Positions 29,922 through 38,627 are shown, counted from the stretch's first letter. The stretch: 49,738 nt of DNA from an actinobacterium acAMD-2 (GCA_000754455.1 JNSE01000021.1:1-49738); one strand, 5' to 3'. Program-made: numbers and translations. Notes: a model not told the origin generated them from the letters alone.

Positions 29922-30320
29922 ATGGCGGGAGTAACAGTGCTTCAGGGTTTTAAGGCTTTTGTCCTTCGCGGAAATGTTCTCGACCTAGCGGTCGCGGTGG
30001 TCATCGGTGCTGCATTTACCGCCATCGTCAACTCACTTCTGCGGGGCTTAGTCAATCCCCTCGTCGCCGCAATCTTGGGTCAACCCAACCTCGATAGTGT
30101 CGGGACCTTCACTGTTAATGGTGCTGACTTCAGCGTCGGCATCGTCTTGACGGCAATCATTAATTTCCTCGTCGTTGCGGCGGCAATCTATTTCATCGTG
30201 GTCTTGCCGATGAACAAACTGATGACCAGCCGGTTACTGCGCACCGAAGAAACAGTCGAGGATGCCTCAGAAGAAGTTGTCTTGCTACGTGAAATTAGAG
30301 ACGCGCTGAAAAACCGTTAA
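29922..30320 (+). CDS. mscL: Large-conductance mechanosensitive channel
   Basis: GFKAFVLRGNVLDLAVAVVIGAAFTAIV, INFLVVAAAIYF, LLREIRDAL. Confidence 0.97.
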   Translation: MAGVTVLQGFKAFVLRGNVLDLAVAVVIGAAFTAIVNSLLRGLVNPLVAAILGQPNLDSVGTFTVNGADFSVGIVLTAIINFLVVAAAIYFIVVLPMNKLMTSRLLRTEETVEDASEEVVLLREIRDALKNR

Positions 30321-30454
30321 CCGTGATGAGGTGGCACTTCGCGCAGGAAGCGCTCGTCATCTTCGCGATCAGCACCGCGCCAATCATCTGAGCCCGAATC
30401 AGCGGGATCATTTTCGTCCGAGGTTGTTTCTGGAAACAACGGATCGTGGATCAC
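30317..30454 (-). CDS. Small acidic protein, 45 aa, absent from the ORF track: VIHDPLFPETTSDENDPADSGSDDWRGADREDDERFLREVPPHHG
   Basis: GTG 30454 to TAA 30317; stop overlaps the mscL stop (TTAA); C-terminal DERFLREVPPHHG resembles small actinobacterial proteins I recall next to mscL. Confidence 0.7.
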   Translation of the reverse strand: MIHDPLFPETTSDENDPADSGSDDWRGADREDDERFLREVPPHHG

Positions 30455-30489
30455 ATGGATAGTCTGGCACGATTGACGAAGGGGTTGCC

Positions 30490-31479
30490 ATGGCCATCAC
30501 TGGGCTGAACCACGTCGGGCTGTCCACGCCTGACCTTGATCGGGCCAATGCGTTTTACAGAGACGGATTGGGCTTTAGCGAGATCATCTCGTTCGCTTGG
30601 CCGGTGGGCACCCCAGGAGCTGATGCTGGTTTGGGACTTACCGATACGGCAGCCAGCGTGACCGTGCTCTTAACCGGCAATTCCTACCTTGAGGTCCTGC
30701 AATTTGATAGCCCCCAACCGATCGCTTTTGATTCCCCACCCACGCTGCGTCGTGAGGGGATTAGCCATATCGGATTGGAAGTTACTGACCTAGACAGTGC
30801 GACTGACCTGGTGGTTGCTAGCGGTGGAGCTGTTGATGCGAGCTTGCCAGCCACGAATAACTCGCGACTCGTCCGCGACCCTGATGGCAACATCATCGAG
30901 TTACACACGTCATCACCAGACGATCCACTCGACTACCGCCAATTGCGCGTTCACACCCCCGGTGGACTTGACGGGGAACCGCAGCCATTCACACCGGCCC
31001 GAAGAGACGTGGTGAAGGGCTTAAGTTTCGCCGGGATCACCACCGCGCGCACTGCGGATCTCACTGATTTCTACAAGCACGCCAATCTCAACCCAAACGT
31101 CACATCGTCGTGGGAATCCAGTGCGGGTGCCCCGCGCGCGGCACTCGCCACTGCAGAGAGCGGAACCTCAACCCCTGTGAACATTGGTAACTCCTACTTA
31201 GAGTTCATTGAATTTCGTGACCAACCAATTGCCCTCAAACCAACGGACGCGCGCATCATTGAGTACGGGTTTAACCACCTGTGCTTTGACGTGGTGGCGA
31301 TTGAATCGACTCATCAAGCCTTAACCCAGGCCGGAATGACCTGCTTTGCTCCCTGGATCAACATGCCCGGGGGAACCTCAGCTATGGGCTACGCACTCGA
31401 TGTGTCCCGAAATCCCGTTGAGTTGCTTGAGCACCTCAGTGCACGCTCAATCATGTGGCCAGGCCACCTGTCCGTCTAG
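30490..31479 (+). CDS. Tandem VOC (glyoxalase/bleomycin resistance/dioxygenase) domain protein
   Basis: LNHVGL..PDLDRA..FY, LEVLQF, ISHIGLEV.D, RDPDGNIIEL; second domain with YLEFIEF, FNHLCFDV, NPVELLE. Confidence 0.85.
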   Translation: MAITGLNHVGLSTPDLDRANAFYRDGLGFSEIISFAWPVGTPGADAGLGLTDTAASVTVLLTGNSYLEVLQFDSPQPIAFDSPPTLRREGISHIGLEVTDLDSATDLVVASGGAVDASLPATNNSRLVRDPDGNIIELHTSSPDDPLDYRQLRVHTPGGLDGEPQPFTPARRDVVKGLSFAGITTARTADLTDFYKHANLNPNVTSSWESSAGAPRAALATAESGTSTPVNIGNSYLEFIEFRDQPIALKPTDARIIEYGFNHLCFDVVAIESTHQALTQAGMTCFAPWINMPGGTSAMGYALDVSRNPVELLEHLSARSIMWPGHLSV

Positions 31480-32138
31480 GAAGCTACAAGGCCTGCGGGT
31501 GTCAGCGAGGCGTTGCGTACCGAATCCAACCGCGTTGAGTCCGCCATGATCGCTCGCAAGATGTAGTCAGCACCCTTTTCCGCATCCAGTTCGACGGTCT
31601 CGCTCGGAGCCATGGTCTTGATGCGGTGATGAGCATTCAAACTGCCCACGACCATGAGACGAATGAACTCCGGGTCTTCATTGATAAACACACCACTAGC
31701 AACGCCATCTGTGATGATGTCGCGCATGTACCTGGTGATCGCTTCAAAACGTGGCAGCCAATGCTGGCCATCAACGGAGTTCAAAAAGTCGTAGTCCATG
31801 AGACCAACGAGTTGGTATGGCGAAGTGACGACATGCACCATGGCCCATCGACAGAAGGTGTAGAGACGAACATCGGCTGGTTCATCAAGGGCAGCCACCT
31901 GGCGCAAATGCGTCAACGTTGAGCCCCAGGCATATTCCAGAAGCTCCTCGGCGATGGCGGCCTTGTTGTCAAAGTGGTGGAACAGCGAGGGCTGGCGAAT
32001 TCCTACGGCACCGGCGATATCGCGTGTTGAGGTGCCGAAATATCCATGCTGGGTAAACAGGATGGACGCCTCGCGCAAAATACGTTCGCGCGTGGAGGAC
32101 GCCTGGGCAGTGGGGCGGGAAAACTCAGTCATAGTCAC
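31476..32138 (-). CDS. TetR/AcrR family regulator
   Basis: RERILREASILFTQHGYFGTSTRDIAGAVGIRQPSLFHHFDNK HTH. Confidence 0.92.
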   Translation of the reverse strand: MTMTEFSRPTAQASSTRERILREASILFTQHGYFGTSTRDIAGAVGIRQPSLFHHFDNKAAIAEELLEYAWGSTLTHLRQVAALDEPADVRLYTFCRWAMVHVVTSPYQLVGLMDYDFLNSVDGQHWLPRFEAITRYMRDIITDGVASGVFINEDPEFIRLMVVGSLNAHHRIKTMAPSETVELDAEKGADYILRAIMADSTRLDSVRNASLTPAGLVAS

Positions 32139-32219
32139 CCCGCCAACCTAGGGGCCGTGGTTTGTCAGCCTATCGGGAGGGGGTAGTTCTGCCTATCATT
32201 ACTGCCCAAACGATAGGGG

Positions 32220-33902
32220 TCACGAGCCGGAAAGGCTCACCACGTCCAACGGGATCGAACCGTCAAGACGGACCACTAAGCCAGTGAGCGCACCTTCACG
32301 AACCAAGGCGCTGTGCGCTCGCGCAGTCAGCGCGAGCGCCTGAATGGGATCAAGAACGACGCGAACGAAATCTCCAGAACCCTTGTCCGCAGCTGGACCA
32401 AAGGCAGGTGCCGACAACTGCACGCCATAGCTTGTGGTGGCATCGGTTACCGGCCAACCCGATCCTTGTCCGCCCGTGATCGCCCACTGCCTGGTGACAT
32501 CAGCAGCAAGTCCTACGCGCGGTGAAAAAGAAACGATCGCCAGTTGAAAGTTCCCGGAGGCAAGTGCCGCGGCATAGCGACCAGTTGAACGCGATTTCAC
32601 CGTAATGGTTAAGCCCGCCGACTTCGCCTGACGAGCAACGAGTGTGGCTTGTGCCAACGCGTCAGGATTGCCTGATCGAACCAACAGCGACAACTTGCGC
32701 GATTTTTTGGGCAACAATGACACTGCAGTTTTCGCGAGTTCAAGATCGCGGGTGGGAATAGCAACATCCACGGCACCTGGCCAACCCGGAGGCACCAAAC
32801 CACCCGTGGGCTTAACTGCTCCCTCTTGACTATCTACCAGCGCGGCAATATCGAGACTGGCCTCAACGGCAATGCGAACGTTGTTATCGCGGGTGGGGCG
32901 ATCAGATCGAAACAAGAGGGCGCTTACGCGTCCGGGCAAGGACGAATTGACCAGAGACCCGGTTCCCGAGCCTGCAGGCGAGGGAAAAACGGGGGTGGGG
33001 CTGGCCGTCGGGGCAGGTGACTTCGTCGAACTCGGTTGTGGGCTGGCGCTGGCCGAAGGGCTCGCGCTGGGGCTGACTGCGGTGTTCACCGGATTTGCTT
33101 TACGCGGATCAACCACCACATCACCACCGTCAGCGATGAAAGATTCAGCGCTGGCCGAATCACTTAACTTTTGTACCGTGATCGTGTTTGGCCCTACTTG
33201 TGTGGGTGCGTAGTACATCGAATTTCGACGCAGAACCAACTCGTCAGAAGACTTCTTTAACTTGTCCGCGACATAGGGCCCACATGAAACAGGATTCCTA
33301 AAGTACGTTTCGCGATCCGTGCCCCCGTAGTTGTCCTGGATGCAACCAAACTCAGGAGCGGCAAAGACCGTTCGATCCAACAACGCATTGGCGGCTCGAA
33401 GTTTGACCACCACCGTTTGCGGATCTGTGGCTGTGGCCGAAACAAAGAAGGAGCCTTGATTGTCAGCGCCAAAGCGACCGGTGAGCGATTGCTGGGCTGC
33501 GCCTTGCGTTAAACCAAAGGCGATGTCCTCGGAATTCAGCGTGCTGCCATCGGCAAACATCAGACCTGACCGCACAGCCACAGTCCAGTTAAGGCCAGCA
33601 GCATCTGAACTCACCGACGTCGCCAGTCCAGCGCTAGGAGCCGAGCCATCAGCAGCCGGTCGCAATAACGGAGCCATTACCAAGGGGCCCAACGTTCGCA
33701 CTGTTGAATCCGGTGCCAGGGTTGGATCCCACGTCGTGGTCGGAAGTGCGTCAACCACTGCAACTGACAGCGCTCCGCCAGCAACAACATTGGCTGACGA
33801 AGTCTCAATGATGGTGGGAGATGCCACTGGGTCATTAGAAGAACAACCGGCCATCACTACTGCTAAGCAAACGAGTGCCACGAGTTGAATCGGCCGCTTC
33901 AC
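32220..33902 (-). CDS. Divergent ABC transporter family-5 substrate-binding lipoprotein
   Basis: Lipobox MAG-C; W...VRSGLMFADGS.L.SEDI.F (SBP_bac_5 signature); PVSCGPY; NVRIAV..SLD; central S/P/A/T-rich insertion. Confidence 0.75.
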   Translation of the reverse strand: MKRPIQLVALVCLAVVMAGCSSNDPVASPTIIETSSANVVAGGALSVAVVDALPTTTWDPTLAPDSTVRTLGPLVMAPLLRPAADGSAPSAGLATSVSSDAAGLNWTVAVRSGLMFADGSTLNSEDIAFGLTQGAAQQSLTGRFGADNQGSFFVSATATDPQTVVVKLRAANALLDRTVFAAPEFGCIQDNYGGTDRETYFRNPVSCGPYVADKLKKSSDELVLRRNSMYYAPTQVGPNTITVQKLSDSASAESFIADGGDVVVDPRKANPVNTAVSPSASPSASASPQPSSTKSPAPTASPTPVFPSPAGSGTGSLVNSSLPGRVSALLFRSDRPTRDNNVRIAVEASLDIAALVDSQEGAVKPTGGLVPPGWPGAVDVAIPTRDLELAKTAVSLLPKKSRKLSLLVRSGNPDALAQATLVARQAKSAGLTITVKSRSTGRYAAALASGNFQLAIVSFSPRVGLAADVTRQWAITGGQGSGWPVTDATTSYGVQLSAPAFGPAADKGSGDFVRVVLDPIQALALTARAHSALVREGALTGLVVRLDGSIPLDVVSLSGS

Positions 33903-34693
33903 TGGTTATCGCCTTCCACTAACGCGTCCAAAAGACCAAGTGAAGGCCCAGTGGTTAATCCGCCATCGACAACAAGTGTTTGTCCAGTGATCATCTGACA
34001 ATCGTCACTAGCGAGGAAGTGAACAACTGCTGCGATTTCCTCCGGCTCAGCCATCCGACCAAAAGCCCCTGCAGCCTTGACCCAGGCCAATTCACGCTCA
34101 ACAAAGGGTGCACCTGAGTCATTCATGGCGGTTCGAACCGCGCCTGGAGCTACTTCATTGACTCGGATGCCGCGCGGAGCCAATTCCAGCGCACTGGTGC
34201 GAGTTACCGCCGCCAACGCTGCCTTGCTCGCGGCATAGGCGCCCAGCAACGGGGCTCCCAGCAGTGATGACAGCGATGAGATGGTGATGATGGAACTGCC
34301 CTCGGGCATCACCGGTGCAACACACCGAATCCCGTGCACAACTCCCAAGGTATTGACTCTAAAAGCGCGTAAGTAAGCGGCATCGGAGTCGTCAAGGATG
34401 GATTCGTTACTGACCGAAACGCCAGCGTTGTTAACCAAGATGTCAATGTGCCCATGCGCGGCAACTGCCTGCTTCACCGCTGCGGCGTATTGATCTTCGC
34501 GAGCGACGTCACACTGAATAAAACTGGCATTGAGTTCGGCGGCTAGATCAGACGCATCGGCGATGTCGATCAGGATGAGCGACGAACCGGCCTGCGCCAA
34601 TCGAATCGAAATGGCACGCCCAATTCCCGATGCTGCTCCGGTGACAAGGGCTACTTTGCCGGCGACCGAGAAGTCGACCTGACCTGTGGTCAC
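33899..34693 (-). CDS. Short-chain dehydrogenase/reductase
   Basis: TGAASGIG, LVNNAG, YAASK, VNEVAPG, ITGQTLVVDGG. Confidence 0.95.
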   Translation of the reverse strand: MTTGQVDFSVAGKVALVTGAASGIGRAISIRLAQAGSSLILIDIADASDLAAELNASFIQCDVAREDQYAAAVKQAVAAHGHIDILVNNAGVSVSNESILDDSDAAYLRAFRVNTLGVVHGIRCVAPVMPEGSSIITISSLSSLLGAPLLGAYAASKAALAAVTRTSALELAPRGIRVNEVAPGAVRTAMNDSGAPFVERELAWVKAAGAFGRMAEPEEIAAVVHFLASDDCQMITGQTLVVDGGLTTGPSLGLLDALVEGDNQ

Positions 34694-34914
34694 GGGGTCT
34701 GGTTAACTCCCGCGTCAAGAGCGTTCGGAACCAAGGAAGCCAAGGTGTCAGCGCTCAAAATTGAAGACAGCGGGCTGCCCGTGCTGTCCGCTTGATGCAC
34801 GGCCAAAAGAACCAGTCCCAACGCCACGGCAGGAATCAGCAAGAGAAGGTCACGAGGACGAATGCCTCGGAACGGGGCTGATTCGCGCGCGTTAGCAGCA
34901 GGATAGGTACTCAA
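34690..34914 (-). CDS. Small membrane protein, 74 aa
   Basis: TTG start with GGGAG RBS 6 nt upstream; one hydrophobic helix (LLLLIPAVALGLVLLAV); GTGA overlap with the SDR start. Confidence 0.5.
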   Translation of the reverse strand: MSTYPAANARESAPFRGIRPRDLLLLIPAVALGLVLLAVHQADSTGSPLSSILSADTLASLVPNALDAGVNQTP

Positions 34915-35016
34915 GGGTTACTCCCGGGGAAGAAGTCAGGACATTCAAGGTAAATCGGGGCAGGGCAAGGATTGGCCAGCGACACGCCCAAAGGCCGCCC
35001 GATACGCTCAGCCATC

Positions 35017-36138
35017 ATGACAATCGTGGTGAATGACCCCCAGGCCGCCGAATTTGGTCGCGCCGTGAGCCAGTTTGCTCAAGACATTCACCTCATTGAC
35101 CAACCGGTGGATCGTCAGGCCTGGAAGCGTGCCGGTGCATTAGGTCTGACCGGTTTGGAAATCCCTGCCGCGTTTGGTGGCTCAGCTGGCGCTACCTATG
35201 CATGGAACGCAGCCGCAGTAGATGCACTTGCCACCGTCTCCCACGGACTGTCCTCCACCTTCACCATTTCCTTTGACATTGCCACTCCCTATTTAGTCGA
35301 CCTGGGAACTCCTGAGATTCACCAACGCTGGCTCCCGGTCTTGGCTCAAGGTGAGGCAATCGCCGCTTTAGCTTTGACCGAACCAGGTGCGGGATCAGAC
35401 CTTGCAGCACTAACGACGCGGGCCGAGCTAAAGGCTGATCACTACTTGATCACTGGATCAAAGACTTTCATCACCAACGGATCAATTGCTGATGTGATCG
35501 TGGTCGCTGCCCGCACCAGCCCACAAGCCGGTGCCCGCGGAATCAGCCTTTTCGCTGTTGACGCAAATGCAGCCGGTTTAACGCGACGTCGCATCACCAC
35601 GATTGGCCAAAGCGACTGCGATACGGCGGAGTTGTTCTTTGATCAAGTGAAGGTTCCGCTCTCTCACTTACTGGGCACCCTTGACGACGGTTTCTTGCAC
35701 CTGATGGAGCGTCTTCCCCAGGAGCGGATTACCTCATCGATTGCCAACTTGGCTCAGGCAGATGTCGCTATGAACCTGACCTTGGCTCAGGTTCGGGAAC
35801 GACAAGCATTCGGCCGACCCCTGGGCTCACTTCAACACAATGCCTTCCGCCTGGCTGAGCTCGACGCGCAACGCAGCGCCGTGCGAGCACATGTCGATGC
35901 GTGCATTGAGCGCCTAATAAATAGGACAATGAGCACAGCGGATGGGGCTCGTGCGAAGTTGCTGTCCGCGCGACTCGAGAACGACATCCTTGACCTAGGT
36001 ATGCAACTACACGGCGGTTCGTCGTTCCTTGAAGGCACCGAAATCAATCAACGCTGGATTGATGGACGCATTACGCGCATCTGGGCCGGAGCAGACGAGA
36101 TCATGCTTCACCTCATCGCCAAGGACCTTGGGCTGTAG
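35017..36138 (+). CDS. Acyl-CoA dehydrogenase (LCAD-like)
   Basis: ALTEPGAGSDLA, GSKTFITNG, DTAELFFD, LPQER, RQAFGRPL, QLHGG, RIWAG..EIM; ORF may start at TTG 34972. Confidence 0.9.
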   Translation: MTIVVNDPQAAEFGRAVSQFAQDIHLIDQPVDRQAWKRAGALGLTGLEIPAAFGGSAGATYAWNAAAVDALATVSHGLSSTFTISFDIATPYLVDLGTPEIHQRWLPVLAQGEAIAALALTEPGAGSDLAALTTRAELKADHYLITGSKTFITNGSIADVIVVAARTSPQAGARGISLFAVDANAAGLTRRRITTIGQSDCDTAELFFDQVKVPLSHLLGTLDDGFLHLMERLPQERITSSIANLAQADVAMNLTLAQVRERQAFGRPLGSLQHNAFRLAELDAQRSAVRAHVDACIERLINRTMSTADGARAKLLSARLENDILDLGMQLHGGSSFLEGTEINQRWIDGRITRIWAGADEIMLHLIAKDLGL

Positions 36139-36141
36139 ACC

Positions 36142-37362
36142 ATGGTCAACGACGTTGTCATAGTTGCTGCGGCACGCACTCCCATCACCAAAGCTATTCG
36201 CGGCACATTCGCCAACGTTCGAGCCGAAGACTTAGCCATTGCGGCTATAGCCGGGGCCTTGGACAAAGTTCCCGCAGTGGACCGAGCCAGCATTGATGAC
36301 TTCATCACCGGAAGCTGGATGCACGCGGGCAGTCAAGGCGGAAACATGGCACGCCGAATCGCAGTAATGATGGGACACGACGCCGTGCCTGGCGTCACCG
36401 TCAACCGAGCATGCGCCTCTTCCCTTCAAGCCATTCGCATGGCTCACCATGCAATTGCGCTAGGGGAAGCCGACGTTGTGGTTGCCTCTGGCGTGGAATC
36501 AATTTCGGGGTACACCGAACCCACCGGTGCCGGATCTACCCCAGATCACGAACGACACCCGTTCTTCAACCAAGCAGCGCAACGTACGCGACTGGCCGTT
36601 GGCGACAACGCGACGTGGGCGGATCCTCGCGAGGCCGGTGAATCGCCAGACATCTACTTGGCGATGGGACACACAGCCGAAAACGTCGCTTCATTACGCG
36701 GCATCACGCGAGAAGAGCAAGATGCCTTCGCACTGCGATCTCAACGACTCGCGAATCAAGCCATCGCGGAAGGATTCTTTGCACGCGAAATTGTCCCCGT
36801 CACCGTCGGTCACGACATCGTGTTGTCTGACGAATCCGTGCGGAGCGAGACCACCGCTGAAGGCCTGGCTTCACTTAAACCGGTTTTTCGGCCACAGGGA
36901 ACGATTACAGCCGGTAACTGTTGCCCGCTCAGCGATGGAGCCGCTGCGGTCGTGGTGATGAGCGCCGACAAAGCAAGGGCTTTGCAGCTTTCTCCGTTAG
37001 CGCGCATTCGCAGCTACGGGGTATCTGCGCTCTCCCCCGAGGTCATGGGTTTGGGGCCGGTCGAGTCAACACGCAAGGCATTACTCCAAGCCAACATGAG
37101 CATCGATGACATCGACCTAGTGGAAATGAATGAAGCCTTTGCTGCTCAAGTCTTGCCGAGTTGTCATGATCTGGGTCTGGACCTTGACAGCGTGAACGTT
37201 CATGGCGGTGCCATTGCCTTAGGGCACCCCTTCGGCATGGGTGGAGCTCGATTGACCACCACATTGCTTAACGGACTGATAGCGCGCGATGTGAACGTAG
37301 GCCTGGTCACCATGTGTGCCGCTGGCGGTCAAGGTATGAGCATGATTGTTGAGCGGATCTAG
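36142..37362 (+). CDS. Acetyl-CoA C-acyltransferase (thiolase)
   Basis: VNRACASS (Cys), NEAFA, GHPFGMGG (His), TMCAAGGQG (Cys). Confidence 0.95.
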   Translation: MVNDVVIVAAARTPITKAIRGTFANVRAEDLAIAAIAGALDKVPAVDRASIDDFITGSWMHAGSQGGNMARRIAVMMGHDAVPGVTVNRACASSLQAIRMAHHAIALGEADVVVASGVESISGYTEPTGAGSTPDHERHPFFNQAAQRTRLAVGDNATWADPREAGESPDIYLAMGHTAENVASLRGITREEQDAFALRSQRLANQAIAEGFFAREIVPVTVGHDIVLSDESVRSETTAEGLASLKPVFRPQGTITAGNCCPLSDGAAAVVVMSADKARALQLSPLARIRSYGVSALSPEVMGLGPVESTRKALLQANMSIDDIDLVEMNEAFAAQVLPSCHDLGLDLDSVNVHGGAIALGHPFGMGGARLTTTLLNGLIARDVNVGLVTMCAAGGQGMSMIVERI

Positions 37363-37460
37363 TTCGGCGAGTACTACTGCGCGAATGCTCTGCACCTCTT
37401 ACCCTTAATCACGACAGCATGCTTGTCAGTACCCCCGCGCTTCAAGGAGTGAGATTCTCA

Positions 37461-38375
37461 ATGGCAACAAACCACAGCGGACGCACCCGTCAACGCAATG
37501 GCATCGCCATCGGCGAGGGCGCCATCCGTAAGATCTTTCCGGCCTTTGTGTTGTTGATGTGGATCACCGCGGGGATTTGGATTGCCAACGGTCAGTGGAC
37601 CACTCTGAACACCATCTTGGCGCTTGAGGCCCTAGCCATTTGCTCCGTGGTCTTTGTCAACTTTGTGCATGTGTTTAATTTCGGGTACGCGGCATGTGTC
37701 GTTGTTTTGAACACGACCATCTTGGTCGCCAAGGGCGCACCGTTGGGCTCCATCATCGTGGGTGGACTCCTCATGATTTATGGAATTCGCTTATTTACCT
37801 TTGTTGCTAACCGCTACCGCCACGCGTCTTATGCTCAACGCCGGGCCGGCACGGTCATCGCGCATAAGCAACTTCCATTGCCGATTAAGATTCTTCTCCT
37901 CATCAACACCGCGACCCTCATGACCTTCCACGCCATGACGACCTACAACGTGGCAACGAAGGCGGCCGATGAGGGCAACAGCGGCCTGAATGGCTGGCTC
38001 ATCATCGGAGGTCTCGTCCTTGCCCAAGGCATCGCCATCGAGGCTCGTGCGGACTACGAGAAGCAGCAAGTCAAGCGAAACAATGGTGACAAGTGGATCA
38101 GCTCAGGCTTGTTTGCTCGTACCCGTCACCCCAACTACCTGGGCGAAATCATGATGCAGGTCGGCGTCATCTTGTGTGGAATCGGTGCTGCCAGCAATTG
38201 GTACGGCTACGCGGCAGGATTCTTAGCCCCGACCTACATCATTATCTTGATGTTGTCGGCGACAACAGGTGGCGAAAAGTCCAAGCGTGACAAGTACAGC
38301 GAGGACCCCGAATTCCGTGCTTACTTGCGTCGTTCCAATGCGTTGTTGCCAAAGTTTCGCAAAGTCAACGTTTAA
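37461..38375 (+). CDS. DUF1295 / steroid 5-alpha-reductase-like membrane protein
   Basis: Multiple TMs; EARADYEK, GLFARTRHPNYLGE, Y..Y.RRSN.LLP; GGAG RBS before ATG 37461. Confidence 0.85.
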   Translation: MATNHSGRTRQRNGIAIGEGAIRKIFPAFVLLMWITAGIWIANGQWTTLNTILALEALAICSVVFVNFVHVFNFGYAACVVVLNTTILVAKGAPLGSIIVGGLLMIYGIRLFTFVANRYRHASYAQRRAGTVIAHKQLPLPIKILLLINTATLMTFHAMTTYNVATKAADEGNSGLNGWLIIGGLVLAQGIAIEARADYEKQQVKRNNGDKWISSGLFARTRHPNYLGEIMMQVGVILCGIGAASNWYGYAAGFLAPTYIIILMLSATTGGEKSKRDKYSEDPEFRAYLRRSNALLPKFRKVNV

Positions 38376-38410
38376 CTCGCACCCCGCTTCACACCATGTC
38401 TTTGACTTGC

Positions 38411-38627
38411 TAGCCTTTCGCGCATGTCATCGACGTCACAGCCTTCCGTGCACCTAGTGGTTAGGCGCCACGTTGACCTCATGCGGATTTGTTCCAGCTC
38501 GTGTTGTTGCTGTAACTAATCCGCCGTCCAAGAAAACCCTGGGCGCTGCGGCGCTTGATGGATGTTTTCTTGACCTCCTCTGTCTTTCTTGCGTCGTTGC
38601 GTCTTCCTAACTGGAGGAAACTAAGCA
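38411..38627 (+). promoter_or_regulatory. Putative cysteine-responsive attenuator leader
   Basis: Hairpin 38483-38524 over the Cys codons; hairpin 38529-38537/38564-38572; alternative partner 38585-38591; CCTCC 38574-38578 complementary to SD GGAGG 38613-38617. Confidence 0.65.
38424..38519 (+). CDS. Leaderless cysteine-rich leader peptide MSSTSQPSVHLVVRRHVDLMRICSSSCCCCN (31 aa)
   Basis: TAGCCT (38411-38416) + 7 nt + ATG; RRHVDL..R motif of actinobacterial leader peptides; TGT-TGT-TGC-TGT run just before the stop; 108 nt upstream of the next gene. Confidence 0.85.
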   Translation: MSSTSQPSVHLVVRRHVDLMRICSSSCCCCN

